A stretch of DNA of 64,000 nucleotides from Chiloscyllium plagiosum (taxonomy: Eukaryota), in NCBI RefSeq assembly GCF_004010195.1, contig NC_057728.1:43353431-43417430 (forward strand). Reading direction: 5' to 3'. This document shows, one piece after another, positions 10,471 through 24,459 of the stretch; position 1 is the stretch's first letter; every line of letters starts with the position of its first letter. The position numbers were made by a program, and so were the translations under genes. A model generated the notes under the pieces. That model did no database searches and was not told where the DNA came from. It saw only the letters and a list, made by a program, of their open reading frames with translations.

Positions 10471-13400
10471 CTCCATTGTTCATGCAATTTCCATATAAAT
10501 CCTCTTCTTATCAGTCAGACTCTTATTTGCAGAGGTCAATAACATTTCTTGGACACCTTACTGAGAATATCCAGGTTTCCTCAATGGAATACAATAACGT
10601 CCAGATCTCATGAATTGAAAGTTGACAGTTTAACTGAACACAAATACTTCATCATTCATCATGTCCTAATGCATTTTTTTTTCTTGTTTTTATCAAATCA
10701 TTATTCGGTAACAATGTTGTGTCACTCTGGAAGACATCAGTACTTAAGAAATGATGTAGTCCTGCAATTTCACAGGAGAGAACCAGTTTCTTTAAAGATA
10801 AAATCATGAGACCATAAGACATAGAAGCAGATCTAGGCCATTTGGCTCATCAGGTCTGCTCTGCTTTTCAGTGAGATTAAGGCTAATCTGATAACTTCAA
10901 CTCCATTTTCTTGCCTTTTCCCAAGGCAGGAATTATTACTGAATCTAAAATAGGTCAAGCTATAGTATTCTTTGATCTTATTTTTAGCTGTTTTGTCTAG
11001 AATTTCCAAATAACAGTTCAGCCAACTGACACCACTCAGTATTGAGATACAACCACTATCTGATATTAAACGACTGAATGTATCAACAACAAAGATATTC
11101 ATCTACTTACTTGTCATGATCCCTGCAGATTTGTGCATGATCTGAAAGCTTAAACACTAGCAGACTCTGGAATTTCTAGCTTGAATTTCTTTAGCCTTTT
11201 ATGAAATCGCTCCACCTGCATGACATGTTCTTCCATGCACTGATTGTCCATCTTATTAAATTTATCAAATATTAACAATACTTTGTAGGCTTCCAATAAG
11301 TCATCCTTTTTGTAATTCTGTCCATAACTTATATTGAATCTTCAATTCCTGTTCAATATTCAGGTTTTCTTTATATTCAGTTCCAAAAATACTTTATTTC
11401 TAGTTTTACTCCTTCCTGGCAAGGATAAAGTCAAAACCATACCTTGCTTCTTCTTGGTTAGAGAAGTGAACTGAGACTGCATTTTCATGTCATTCTCCAC
11501 TGCTTGTATGGTTCCAATTCTGAAAACACCAGTAGATAATCATAATTTGTGAACCTGAAGCATGACACAGCTACTTCATTCTGAAAAATCACCAGGATCT
11601 TTGCTTCTGCCAAAAACAGGAGTTACCTTCTGCCTTTTTTATCTTTCCACCTGAAGAAATCAAGGTTAATCATCTGCTATCACATCTCATAAATCGATAT
11701 CTAGATGTTGAATTACGCAGCAAAAGTCTTTCAGAGATTTACAAGGGCTTATTATAAATCTATAGTTCGGCACAAATATCAGTTTCCATTTTTGCCTTCC
11801 GAACCTTTTCCCTCTATAGAAGCCAACACCCCTTTGAGGAAGAATACAACTCTTAAATACAAAGTCTCATCACCTGCTTTCAATACAATGCTGGAGCTGT
11901 TCTGTTTGAGCTGAAGGGGCTTGCATTTCTAATCCTGACAACTATTTCTCTGAACATCATTCCTGTTTGCTCCATGACCCCCATCCATCTCAGCTTCTCA
12001 ACTAAATAACTCCACATTGGCAAACCACTAGCCTCACCACATCATGCCTGCTCTTGGAGCAACTCAGCCACCATTTTAGGCTTTCAATCATTTACTTTGG
12101 AGCTGATGGAGATCTTTGAGTTGCATGTTTTTGCCAGGCCACTTTTAATGCAAGGGCATCCATATATCTCATTCTTATGAAGGATCCTCAAACCCTGTCA
12201 CAGTTAGGGAATGTGGTTTTATTGAAGTAGGTGGTGGTGTTTGCTTACTTCCCTGCTATTTGTGATTAGCCTCCATTTGCATCTGTTGGAGACACTTGAA
12301 AAGCTTGGCATCTTCATAGATGCTCCTTCTCCCCTTTGAAAGGTCTTAGGGTAGAGAGCCTACGAATTAGTGGAGATATGGAATATTCTTCAGGAAGAAT
12401 TTGAGAACATTCTTGAAGCGTCTTGTCTGCCCTCCTGGTAAACACTTGCTATTACATAGTTTGGAGTAGATAATTAGTTTTGAATATCTAGTGTCAGGCA
12501 GGATCAGATTGGTAAAACAGTACAGGAGTATATCATTTGGCCCTTCAAGCCTTCAAACCATCTAATATAATCATGGCTGATCTAGTTGTGGTCGCAGCTT
12601 CACTTTCCTGACTGCATTCTATAATCTTTGACTCCCTTGTCTATAAAAACAAGGGAGTCAAAACTTATACCAGTAAATTTAAAGAATTAGCCTCCACCAG
12701 CTTTTTGGAAAGAGAATTTCATACTTTTATTACCCTTTGAGTGAAAAAAAACTTCTCATTTTGATCTTAAAAGGGATACCTCCTATTCTTAAATAATGTC
12801 TCCCAGTTGAAGTCTCCCTCCTCGGGAGAAATCTCCTTCTGGTGTGCATTAAATTCAGCTCCTTGGCAATGACTGCCCAACCATTGTGTTCTTTACTCTC
12901 AAAAATAAAATGTATCCTATTAAAATCTGAAAGAAATTAAAGAGCCTAAAAAACATAAAACAAAATCCATAATGTTACCATTTTTCTTGCTTATTTTCCA
13001 ATTCTGCCAATACTACTGCCAAAGACCTTTCACTATCACTTAGTCTTTGTTTTTGCCTCCTGTAATGTATCTTATAATGTATTATTTTGCTATGTTTTCA
13101 TACATTTGCAGCCTGATGTTATAGTGAATCTATGTACTATTGTTCTACCCATCAGTAGCATTTGATGACATCAACACAATCAGATGCATAGTGTTGCTGA
13201 AGTGGTGCACACTGACTTATAAAAACACAATGACTTATTGGGAAAAATGTCGATTGATAATTTACATTAACTGAACATGTATTGAAGTGAAAGGAAATCA
13301 ATGAATGGTAACATTCACACAAAAAAGGCAGGAAATGAATGAAAGAAAACATGACTGCTAGTAGATAGAGAGGCAACAAGAAAAATGTTTCATAATCATG

Positions 13401-14161
13401 GATTCAAGAGACAAAAAGGTGACAAATAACACAAGGGACTGATACTGTGACACAAAGTTAGGAATTTTTCCCAAAGAAGTATGCAGTCTTGCAGAATTTG
13501 AGCCTGTGCTTGATGTGATGAGACTCAGGGTAGCATTTTATTACCAGAAGCAATTGAGAGGCTGCTACTAGGATGATTGCCGAACTGAGAATGTAGTGGG
13601 CCAGCAACCTGCAAGACTTGGCAGTGCCATTAATGGCTACATAAAGATGTAGACGGCACTTTTATGTTGAGATGCCCTCAAAGGCCAGATAAAATTTTAA
13701 TTGAATGTGTTGGTCTCATACAAGCAAACCCATGTTCAGAGGGGTGTACTTTTCACTGTCAGTGCTGGTGAAATCTGGTAGAAGGCCATCATGACTTATC
13801 TGGCTGTCTCCCCATATTGTAGTGGCTCCTTCAAATGCTGGTAAAATGCCAAGAGAGCCAGAAAGTGATCAATGATTGGCAATTAAATTGGTTTAATTGG
13901 CCAGTCATTAAAAAAAATCCTGTAGCAAGGGAAAACATCACACTGTCTTCAGATGCCTTCCACTGCCACTTTCACATCACAATCCTTCTCCAGAGGGCTG
14001 GTAAAATCCAGCCCAAGATAAGAAGTAGGTAACATAAAGAGAAAGAAACACACATTTTATTTTTATTAGAATTGTAGATGAATCTTTTCATCTACGTGTG
14101 AAGTGATTTTTTTTAAGTTACAAGGCATTTGCCTTTAATTGACTATTTACATTCAAATTAC

Positions 14162-14253
14162 CTGGACATGGATGGTTCCAACAAAGCAACAGATTGCATT
14201 TTCATTTGTTGAACCTCAGAATGAAATTTTTCAACTTCTTCTGCTAATCGTTC
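14162..14253 (-). CDS. PPFIA2: Liprin-alpha exon, 92 bp, phase 0-2
   Basis: tacag|GAA ... AG|gtaatt. Translates ERLAEEVEKFHSEVQQMKMQSVALLEPSMS plus a split Arg codon. Confidence 0.92.
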
Positions 14254-14289
14254 CTGTAAAAAACAATAATTGAGGAGATTCAGTACTGG

Positions 14290-14870
14290 TATGATACAAT
14301 CTTTGTAAGCTGTAGGCTTACAACACAAAAGGGACTGGTCCTTACCAATTAATCCAAACTTGCAAAACTCAACCACAGCATCCATTGTTAGATGTGATTC
14401 GGCAATAAAACTACATTTTCTGGATCATCCTGAATGTGTGAAGAATTGTACTGCCAACCAATTTAGGTATGTTAATGATGTTTGCAGTATGTTGCAATTG
14501 TATGCACTAGAAGCTACATACATAAGTATTATACAAAACTCTGTTTTTTGCAGACAGAAAGAAAATCTAAACATGCTAACCGTGTTTTAACTCAACAAAA
14601 TAGGTGGTAGCCATTTGCTGCTGCAATTGTCAGGGCAATGGTTGACTGATTAGAGTCAATCTACCTGGTACAGAATTTAAACTAAGCTTTGCAGTTAGTT
14701 GTCAATCATCATTAACATGTGCATTCTCCATGGCAACACCTCTACCGATCAGCATTCTTCTCTCATTCAGTATAAATATTGATATTTTCCTTAAATTTGC
14801 AATGCTACAGAAGACCCTGACAAGTACAAGACAAAAAGCTTCAACACAATGTGTCTTTTTTCATCAACAC
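14290..14870 (+). mobile_element. Degenerate Penelope-like 3' end (third family)
   Basis: Translates DSAIKLHFLDHPEC...LYALEATYI, resembling the GIY-YIG C-terminus of PLEs. Confidence 0.55.
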
Positions 14871-15589
14871 AAAAGTAATGATGGCCTTATTGCTACCACT
14901 ATAATTCCAGGAAGTTATGTCATTCATGAATAACATAAATGTTATCATAACAAAATAACTAGATGGAATATTAATGGGGGAATTGGAGGCATTGTGGAAA
15001 AAGTTCTGGAGTAAGGAGTTATGAGAGAGTTCGTGTCCGATCAGAAGTACTTCCAGCAGGCACTCAGGATGAAGGAGGTAGGTGTAAATTCATTCATTCC
15101 TAGAATTGCCATTATCTTGCCCAGATAGACTGCCACTTTTCCCAATATCAGAACACCTGACTGACTGCAGTTACGTGTGAACAGAAAATGGCAATGAGGC
15201 TGACACCCTTATTATTAATACTTGATGTGCTAAATTACCTCAGAGGAGCCAGTTGGTTGTTACGTGTTTTCCAACTTCAGTTTCATCTGGCAGTGAGTCG
15301 TTTGGTGGCAAGTTTGACTTGGGCATCTGACTTTAACCTAACTATACCTAAAAGTTCAATTGGTAAAAATTTGCAAGTCGTGTCTCAATAGATATCCTAA
15401 AACAGGATGTGCCACTCTGATGAAGCAGGTGTCAACTTTGGGTAAGTGACAGGGTTAAGTGATTTCAAAACCAATGCATCATACCTCAGCTCTTCAGTCC
15501 GGCCACATTGAATTACGAATGTTTATTAGATAATTAAACAACTCACTCAATGATGACGAAGCACAGCATATCATGCAAAAGATAAGGCT

Positions 15590-17295
15590 GAAGCGATTAC
15601 AACAATGTTCAGCCAGTAGTGATGAGTGGATATCCACCTTGGTCTCCTCTGGAGGTTCATGGCATCACAGATGCCAGTCTTCAAACAATTTGATTCATTT
15701 AATGTGATGAGAAGAAACACTGAAAAGGTTCTGGAACCTGAGATTCAGCAACAGTCCGAAAGACCTGTGCTCCCGAACTTGCCATACCAATAGCCAAAAC
15801 ACTCCAGTACAGCTACAACACTAGCATCTAACCAGCAGCATGGTAGCATGTCCAGGTATGTTCTGTGTACAAAAAGCAGAACAAATCTCATATTGCCAAC
15901 TACTGCTCCAACAGTGATCAACAATAAAGTGGTGGAAAGAGTTATCAACAGTGTTATCAAGCAGTCGAAGAGTGTGGTGCTGGAAAAGCACAGCCAGTCA
16001 GGCAGTATCCGAGGAGCAGGACAGACAACGTTTTGAGAATAAGCTCTTCATCAGGAAGTGTTACCAAACAGCACTTGTTTAGAAATAATCTGCTCACAGG
16101 CACTCCGTTTTGTGTCTGTAAGGCCCACTCAACTCCTGACCTCATTACGGCCTTGATTTAATTATGAAAAAAAAAATCTGAATTCCAGAGAAGAATTCAG
16201 AGTGACTGTCCTTGACACTAAGGCCACATTTGAATCAGTGTGGCATCAAGGAGGCGAGCAAAATTGAAGTCACCAGGAAGTGGAAGAAAAGCTCTTTGCT
16301 CATTAGAATCATAGCTAGTACAAGGAGGATGGTTGTGGCTGGAAGTCAGTCATCTCAACCCCAGATCAACAGTGCAGAGATACACAGGGTGATGTCTTAG
16401 GTCCAACCATCATCAGCTGCTGCATCAATGCCTTTCCCTCCATCATAAGGTCAGAAGTGAGCAGGTTCACTGATCATTCCACAATTCACAACTTCTTGGG
16501 TAAGGGACAAGTCCATGTCTAAATATAACAAGTCCTTGATGATAGCCAAACTTGGACTGACAAGTGGCAAGTAACATTTGCACAAAATGGCAGGAAATGA
16601 CCATCTCCAAGAAGAGAGAATCTAATCATTGCACTTTGTCATTACCTTCTCAGAATGCCACTTATCTTTATCCTAGGGATTATCATTGACAAGAAACTGA
16701 ACTGGACCACCATATAAATACTGTGGCGACATGACAAAATCAGAGACTAGGTATTTTGTAATCAGTAACTCACTTCATGACACCTCAAAGTCTATCCATC
16801 ATCTATAAGGCACACGTTGGGACTATGAGGGCACACTCTACACTTACCTGAATGTATGCAGCTCCAACAACATTCAAGAAACTTAACATCATCCATTACA
16901 AAACAGCTTATTCAGAAACATTTAGTCCCTTCATCGCTGAATCACAGTTGCACCAGTACATATCACCTACAAGACTCCTTAGACAGCATCTTCCAAACCT
17001 GAAACCACTATCATTTAGAAGGACAAAGGCAACAGATAAATGGGAACACCATCATGTGCAAGACTCCCTCTAATCCACTCACTGTCCTGACTGGAAATAT
17101 ATTACCATTCCTTCAGTATCGCTGTACAGAAATCCTGGAACTCCCTCCTTAACAGCACTGTATGTGTCCTAACACCCCAAGAAATGCAGTGGTTCAAGAA
17201 GGTAGGTCATCACCATCTTCTCAAGGACAACTAGGGTGGGCAATAAATGCTGGTCAAGCCAACGATGCCCACATCTCCTGAATGAATTTTTAAAA
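15590..17295 (+). mobile_element. Same second LINE family, 3' half
   Basis: Collinear with 61200-63330. 3' end gggcaataaatgctggtcaagccaacgatgcccacatctcctgaatgaat. Confidence 0.7.
15965..16056 (-). mobile_element. Single PLE terminus with imperfect 15-bp TSD
   Basis: agtgttatcaagcag at 15950-15964 and agtgttaccaaacag at 16057-16071. Decayed hammerhead on the minus strand. Confidence 0.7.
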
Positions 17296-17615
17296 ACCAT
17301 GCTTATCAAAATTCATAGCAACATTCAGCTTACAGTTTTATTACACAGTCCAATAACCCTTCTCTTTTAGGTGGCTTTGATATAATTGTGACAGCTAGGA
17401 GACCCAAGTTATACTGTTAATTGGAAATTATTTCAGTTGCTATTGAGCTAAGTGGCAAAAAAAACCTGCATATGTTTTAATTTTTCACAAGTACTTTATG
17501 TTTAATATTACAGTAAGAAAATAAATTATTATTCTTAATCATTGATATCTCACTGAAACTTCACATCTATTATGTGTATTCAACAAGTATTGTTCTTATG
17601 TATTAAAGATATTAC

Positions 17616-17678
17616 CTTATCATGAAGCGACTCCTCTAGTTGTTTCCTTAGTAGTTCAGATTCTTGAATCAACATGTT
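17616..17678 (-). CDS. PPFIA2: Liprin-alpha exon, 63 bp, phase 0-0
   Basis: cttag|AAC ... AAG|gtaata. Translates NMLIQESELLRKQLEESLHDK, compared with NVLIQESETFRKNLEESLHDK in PPFIA2 as recalled. Confidence 0.92.
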
Positions 17679-19480
17679 CTAAGGTAACAAAGCATAATTA
17701 TTTGTAAAATAAGTCACAATGGCAAATTTGATCAAACAGTACATTTACATTTGTTATCAAGATTTGTATATGAAGGACTTCAACAGTTGGTATATATTAA
17801 ATTTCTACGACAAACCATTTCATACATTTAATGAAGTGTTAAAAAGCTTTCTCACTCCAGTTCATTAATAATGGTTTCATACTATTAAAGATGCCAATGA
17901 ACTATTCTGTGCTCTTATTGAAATATGCAAATACTTTATGTATTATAATCATGAGATTCCTTTGACATCATAACATGCTTCCAAATCAATGCCAACAGTA
18001 GCTAAAGTGGAATTTGTTAAAAAGAATCTGCGGTCAGTGGAAATATTTTACTGTTCTCTACCCTGTCTTTTCCTGTTAATGCCTTGAAGACTTTGATCAG
18101 ATCATCCTTAATCTTCTAAATTCTAGGAGGAGGGATAGTGGCACAGGTGTCATTGACAATGAGCTGGCTCAAGACTGATGGGCTCTCTTTAAATTATATC
18201 TTTATTTTTCTTATTCTTAAAATATTCAAAATGGCATTGGATTATCGCAACAGTGGAAAAGCTTATCACTATATTTTACTGTTTTTCTCACTGTAAAATA
18301 CAAGTTACAATAAAAATAGTTCATTCATAACTTAACCTCTGAATACCAGATATCATACTTATAAATATACATTGTACTCCTCCAAGGCCAATATATCCTT
18401 GTCAAGGTGTGGTGCCCATATCTACTCACAATACATCAAGTAGGGTCTAACCAGGGTTTCGTATAGCTGCAGCATAACATCTGTGTCCTTATAGTCCACT
18501 CCACCAGATATAAAGGCTGGTATCCATTAGCATTTTTGATAATTTGCTGCACCTGTTCATGGCATTTTAAAGATCTCTGCACCTGAACCTCAAATCTCTT
18601 CGGACATGGATTGTATTTAACTTCATATCATCTAGAGAGTACCCAGATATATTCTTTCTTGGTCCAAAATGGATAACATTACACTTGCATACGTTGAAAT
18701 CCATCTGCCACAATTTGCTCATCCACAAAGCAAAACATTATAAAGTAATATTGATAGACTATCTCGATACTTTCTAATTTGCCACCTGTCATCAGAAAAT
18801 TTAGATATCTGACTTTCAATGGCATTATTCAAGTTATGAATAAATAATATGAATAATTTAACATAGATTATTGTGGTACACGAGTCACATCTTGCCAGTT
18901 TGAGTACCAACCCTTTATCCCTACTGTCTGTCCACTGCCACTCAACCAATTTCCCAGTCATGTCACTAATTTGCCCTCAATTCTATGGGCTTCTACCTTA
19001 CTTAATACTTTCTTATTGGGAATTTTATCAAATGCTTATGGAAGTCTAGATAAACAACATCTATAGACATTCCCCTGTCTACTAGCACAGTCACCATTTC
19101 AAAAGATTCAATGTGGTTTGTGAGGTATGACACACCTGTCACGAATCCATACCAGCTCTCCCTGATAATCTGAAACCTTTCCAGGTTTTCAGTTACCCCC
19201 CATCCTTGATTATTGACTCCAACAGCTTCCCCACCACAAATGTTAGATGAGCTAGTACATTATCTGGTCAGATATGACACCAATTGTTAAAGTTTACTTG
19301 AGAATGTAACTTTGAAAAAAGTTTGCAATTTACATATGAAAGAACTGAAACCAATATGGTCACTCTAAAAGATGAGAGACTTTACAAACCATTCAGGTTT
19401 TTTCAATGTATAATTTCAGTTACATCACACTGTAAACTTGTGCTATAAATTCTGTGTCTTACAATCTTATTCTCCATAAC

Positions 19481-19515
19481 CACCTGATGAAGGAGCAGCG
19501 CTCCGAAAGCTAGTG
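19481..19515 (+). ncRNA. Minimal type I hammerhead ribozyme motif (second PLE family), intact core
   Basis: CAC-CTGATGA-A-GGAGC-agc-GCTCC-GAA-AG/CT-A^-GTG: stem I CAC/GTG, 5-bp stem II, palindromic AGCT stem III, cleavage after 19512. Confidence 0.75.
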
Positions 19516-20125
19516 TTTCCAAATATAAGTGTTGGACTATAACCTGGTGTTTTGTGATTTTTAACTTTGTACATCCCAGTCCAACACCGGCATCTCCAAA
19601 TCATGTCTAATTCCCTGGTTTTCATCGTTCATCATTTTTAAAAAGCAGAATGACATGCAATGTTCCAATCCTGAGGGATAACTCCTGTATCTAGGGAACT
19701 CTGAAAGCTTATAATTGCGGTATCCACAATGGATTTTAACACACTCAGACAGAAACTGTCAGGTCCTGGGGATTTGGCACATTTCAGTTCTATTAATTTC
19801 CTCATTACCAATGTTTTATTTATGTTAATTTTATTCAGTCCCAGTCCCCAATCCACTAATTCTTCTTGACTTCCAGCAAGCTATCCTTCCTACTGTAAAT
19901 TGGGGCAAAATAATTATTCAACATATTTGCCACTTCCCAAAGTTATTGACAATATCCCTACTTTCAGTCTTTAGTAGGCCAACATTGATCGTTCCTGACC
20001 ACCTGCTTTCCCTTTGTGTAACTATAAAACTTCTTATCGATTTTTATGTCCCTTGCAACTTTCCTTTCAACATCCCTTTTAGTAGCGAATATAAGCTGCT
20101 TTGTGGCCTTGCTCGTCTTTGTATC

Positions 20126-20365
20126 AGATTAGATTAGATTACTTACAGTGTGGATACAGGCCCTTCGGCCCAACAAGTCCACACCGACCCGCCGAAGCAT
20201 AACCCACCCATACCCCTATATTTACCCCTTTTTTAACCTAACACTATGGGCAATTTAGCATGGCCAATTCACCTGACCCGCACATCTTTGTGACTGTGGG
20301 AGGAAACCGGAGCACCCGGAGGAAACCCACGCAGACACGGGGAGAATGTGCAAACTCCACACAGT
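20126..20365 (-). mobile_element. HE1-type V-SINE, 5'-truncated
   Basis: Reverse complement closely matches 33838-34076, with an (AGATT)n tail on the plus strand. Nested in an old CR1. Confidence 0.88.
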
Positions 20366-20759
20366 AATCATTCCCATTTGACAGCATCTGCGCTGAGTTT
20401 TGCATTTCTGTAAGCCTTTTTAGTTTTATATCGTCCCTTATCTCTTTAGTTACCCTAGGCTGTTTTTACTGTGAACAGTGCTTTTCTCTCTCAGGGGCTT
20501 AAACTGTTTTGTATTGTGTTAAATATTTCTTTAAACATCCTCCACTGTTCTTCAATTGTTTTTCGCACTAACAAATTTTCTGTTTACTGTGGGCAGCCTT
20601 TGTCTCATCCCAGCCTTCCTTATATCTTAAACTCTCGTAGTTGATTTGTGCCTTGTGCTTTCAAATATTACACTAAACTCTTTCAAATCATTGTTTGATA
20701 AATGTTCACACACAATTAGGTTACTAATTAAATCTGGCTCATTACTCATTATTACAAGA

Positions 20760-21120
20760 TAATGCATGGCTTAGAAAGGGTGCACGCTGGGAATTTGTTT
20801 TCGTCAGGCGGGGATACCACGACCTGTGGGCACAGCCTTAGAATTAGAAGGGGTCAATTTAAAATGGAAATGAGGAGACATTTCTTCATCCAGAGAATGG
20901 TGGGCCTGTGGAATTCATTGCCACAGAGCGTAGTGGAGGCTGGGATGTTAAATGTCTTCAAGGCAGAGATTGATAAATTCTTAATCTCGAAAACAATTAA
21001 GGGCTACAGGGAGAGTGCAGGTAAGTGGCATTGAAATGCCCATCTGCCATGATTGAATGATGGAGTGGACTCGATGGGCCGAATAGCCTTACTTGCATTC
21101 CTATGTCTTGTGGTCTTATT
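20760..21120 (+). mobile_element. CR1 3' end
   Basis: Translates GHSLRIRRGQFKMEMRRHFFIQRMVGLWNSLP, followed by a gatgggccgaatagcct 3' stem and repeat tail. Confidence 0.85.
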
Positions 21121-23454
21121 ATTATAATATCCAACATTGCATCCCCGCTTGTTGCATCCAGGACATTTTGCTGTCGGAAACAATTCCAGATATGCTCCAG
21201 AAATTCACTATCTTTCTGACAGGTTATAGTCTGCCTCTCCCAATCTATTAAAATTCAAATTCTCCCCATGCCTTTGCTGTACACTTGTCTAATATTTATA
21301 CAATCTAGCGCTTTATGGCTGCTACTGGGGATCTATAAACAACACCTATTACAGTTTTAAAATCTTCACAGTTTTTTCAGTTCCACCCATATGATCTTCA
21401 CTAGATGTTTTTCCCTTATTATATCCCTCTTTACCACTGAATTAATTTTGTTCCTAATCAGTAAGGGTACTCCATCCAGCAGTCACTCTACCATTTTTCC
21501 TATCTGTTTTGTAAATCTACCACCCTTGTAAATTAGTTCCAATCTTGAGCAACCTGTAGCCATGTCTCAGAATGGCTAATACATTTTTATCTCCAATTTA
21601 AATTTGTGCCTGCAAATCATTTGATTTGTTCATTACGCTCTGTGCGTTTGTGTACAGAACTCTTATTTGGGCTATACAATATAACCTGTCCCTCAGCACT
21701 GATGCTTTATTTACTTATTCATTATTTCTCTCTTTTGGTTTAATTAATACCTATCCTGAGAAAGGCAAGGAGAAAATATCTGGTGAAAATTATGGGGTCG
21801 AACCTTACTTTTTTTTTGTTCACGTGAGAGTAGTGTTGAGTTTTTTTGGACAGAGTGTCTCAGGAGACTTCTGCCAAGACCTTGTGCCGTAACTTAACAA
21901 ACACAACCTATTGACTACCTGCCCACCCAGAGTGCCCCTTACATTCGTTTCCATCTGCCTCTTCCCACATGTAGTTCTTAGAACAAATCACCACTCTGCA
22001 GATATTTGCCAAAAGACCAATCCAACCAAGCTATTAAAAGGCTATTGTACCTTGACGATCCTGATGAACCGTCACTGGACTCAAAACATTAACTCTAATT
22101 CTCTCTCTCTCTCTCTCTCTATACAGATGCTGCCAGACCTGCTGCATTTCTTTAGTACTTTCTGTTATAGGGCAAACCAGTGTTGCCCATCACTGGCAGT
22201 GTACTGTTACTGCATCTACACTATTATGGCACCACACTCTAAGTCACCACTGCTCAGTTCACAGTGCCCACTGCAAACACACAGCTTGTCATTGTCCAGA
22301 AGGAAACATCACACACAGCCATGCAGTCAGTCAGCTCCAAACATGAGTTTTTGTTTAAATTTCCAGACAGCAAAAAGAAACTAAAAAAAAACAAAAAAGG
22401 TTGAAAGTCTGCCCTCACATTGCAAACTAAATGCTGCCATTATGACCAACGACTATTTTATAATGCACTATTGTCTCCGCACCCAGATCGATATCTATTT
22501 GAACCAGGTGTGAATCACATCCTGATTGCCTCATTGTGATCAATTCAGCTGAACTCTGTCAAATAGAAGGAAAGCTTCTTCTTCTCCAATGTCCTCATTC
22601 GCCTCTTTGGAAAACTGTTCCTAGTTCCCCTAGTTTCTCAGCATTCCAGCACATCACCTCATTTCCTGCTCCAATTGGTCACAGTGTCTGGATAATGCAG
22701 CACATTCAATCCTGATCACAATGGAAGGTTCTTTGCAGACTGGTTCAAGCAGCAGTAGAGTATTTTCAACAGCCCTCTACACTGCTCCTCTAAAGGCCTG
22801 GTCAAATCTTTGGGTGCCATTATATCAGTGTTCTGCATCAGTTAGGAACTGTACAATTATGATGTGAACCATGGTTGCAGTGGACTTCCATCAGCCCCAG
22901 TAACCAATATTTTAAGGCACCTGGACCCTCAAACACATGAGGTACATGAGAGTGCTCCAGAAAATAGAAGTTGTTGCAGCTGACAGCATAGCACACACAC
23001 ACCCAGAGGACAAAGAAGCTTATTGGGTTGCTTGGACATGGACTTTTTCACATTCCCACATAGTTGGTCTCAATCCTCTCCAGTTGTCTCATGGATCTTC
23101 TCCTCACAAGGGGAGAGAAATCAAATATCAGCTACTCTGTCTAGACCCTCTCTGCCCAGTAATGAGACATTTTCTCCTTCAATGAGACAAAAGGAGGGAT
23201 TGAGTGAGGTGAAAATGGAGGAAGACCATTGGAGGTGTTGGAATAGAAGAGGGGTGAGGTCCTCAATGAATTAGTAGGAAGTGAAGAGGGCAGGAAGGGT
23301 TAATAGTTTAAGAAGATGAGGTGGATAACAACCATTGAGTAGAGATGCCACTCACAATCTGAGTATCTTGGATTATTAATCTTGGGGTGATGTTAATGTG
23401 CAGTGGCAGAATTAGATTACATGTGAGTGAACAGTAAAAAGATAATGGCACTTA

Positions 23455-23895
23455 CAATCTAGAGCTGTATAGCATGGTCATCTGTTCGTCCATGCTGACC
23501 AGACACCTGAAATAAATCTAGTCCTGTTTGCCAGCATTTGAACTGTATCTCTCTAAAACCTACCTATTCATATACCCATCTCGATGCCTTTTAAATGTGG
23601 TATTTGTACCAGCCTCCACACTTCCTCTGGCAGCTCATTCCATACACAGACCACCATCTGTATGAACAAGTTATCCCTTAGATCCCTTTTAAATCTTTCC
23701 ACTCTCACCTTAAACCTATGCCCTCTACTTTTGGACTCTCCTACCCTGGGGAAAAGACCTTGACTATTCACCCTATCCATGCCCGCATGATTTTATAAAC
23801 ATCTACAAAGTCAACGCTCAGCCCTGTTGCTCCACAGAAAATAGCCCCAGCCTATTCAGCCTCTCCATATAGCTCAAATCCCCAAACCTTGGAGA
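23455..23895 (-). mobile_element. CR1 3' end
   Basis: Translates MDRVNSQGLFPRVGESKSRGHRFKVR...VCVWNELP, followed by the CR1 3' UTR. Confidence 0.85.
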
Positions 23896-24095
23896 CCTGT
23901 GAAATTAAATACATTATTTTCTTTATCCAAAAAGGACCCTTTCTTTCATTTCACAGTTACTCTACATTGGTTAGTAGATGTGTTCCATGAATTTGTCGAA
24001 TGATTGCTGAATATTCCTTTTCATCACACAAGATGAATGCCTTAATTTGGGCTCCATTGAATAGAGTTAGCTTTATTGCCAAGTGCACTCAAATG

Positions 24096-24435
24096 AGGAC
24101 TCGCCTCCCACATTGCCCTCTAGTCTGGGACTTGCCTCCCATGTCGGCCTCCAGTCCAGAACTCATCTCCCATTCTGGCTTCGGCTCCAAGACTCAACAC
24201 CCAATCTGGGATTTGCCTCCAGGACTTGCTTCCAATCCAGGATTTGCCTCTTGCAGCGGTCTCCAGTCTGGAACTCGCCTCCTGTACTGGCCTCCGGTCC
24301 AGGATTCACCTCCGGGATGTACCTTCCTCTCTGGTCTGGCCTGGGAATCGCAATCCACACCGGCCTGGTCTGGGACTTGCCTTCTATGCCGGCCTGGTCT
24401 GGGACTCTCCTCAGACAGGCTCCGGTCTGCAGGTC
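24096..24435. repeat. GC-rich degenerate minisatellite, ~29-30 bp unit
   Basis: Recurrent ggactcgcctcc / ggacttgcctcc / ggatttgcctcc, interleaved with ggcctcc(a/g)gtc(c/t). Confidence 0.7.
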
Positions 24436-24459
24436 AAATCCTCCATTCCACTCCAAGTA

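Larger units (their letters stand above)
18330..21700 (-). mobile_element. Old CR1 LINE relic with nested PLE, SINE and CR1 insertions
   Basis: Scattered RT/EN remnants (KSPGPD, GVIPQDWNIA, SQISKFSDD) between nested elements. Boundaries approximate. Confidence 0.6.

Noticed and set aside
24096..24435. Regularly spaced GGACTCGCCTCC-like repeats as a CRISPR array
   Set aside because: The units are degenerate, the intervening sequences resemble one another, there are no cas genes, and the context is a eukaryotic intron. It is a minisatellite.
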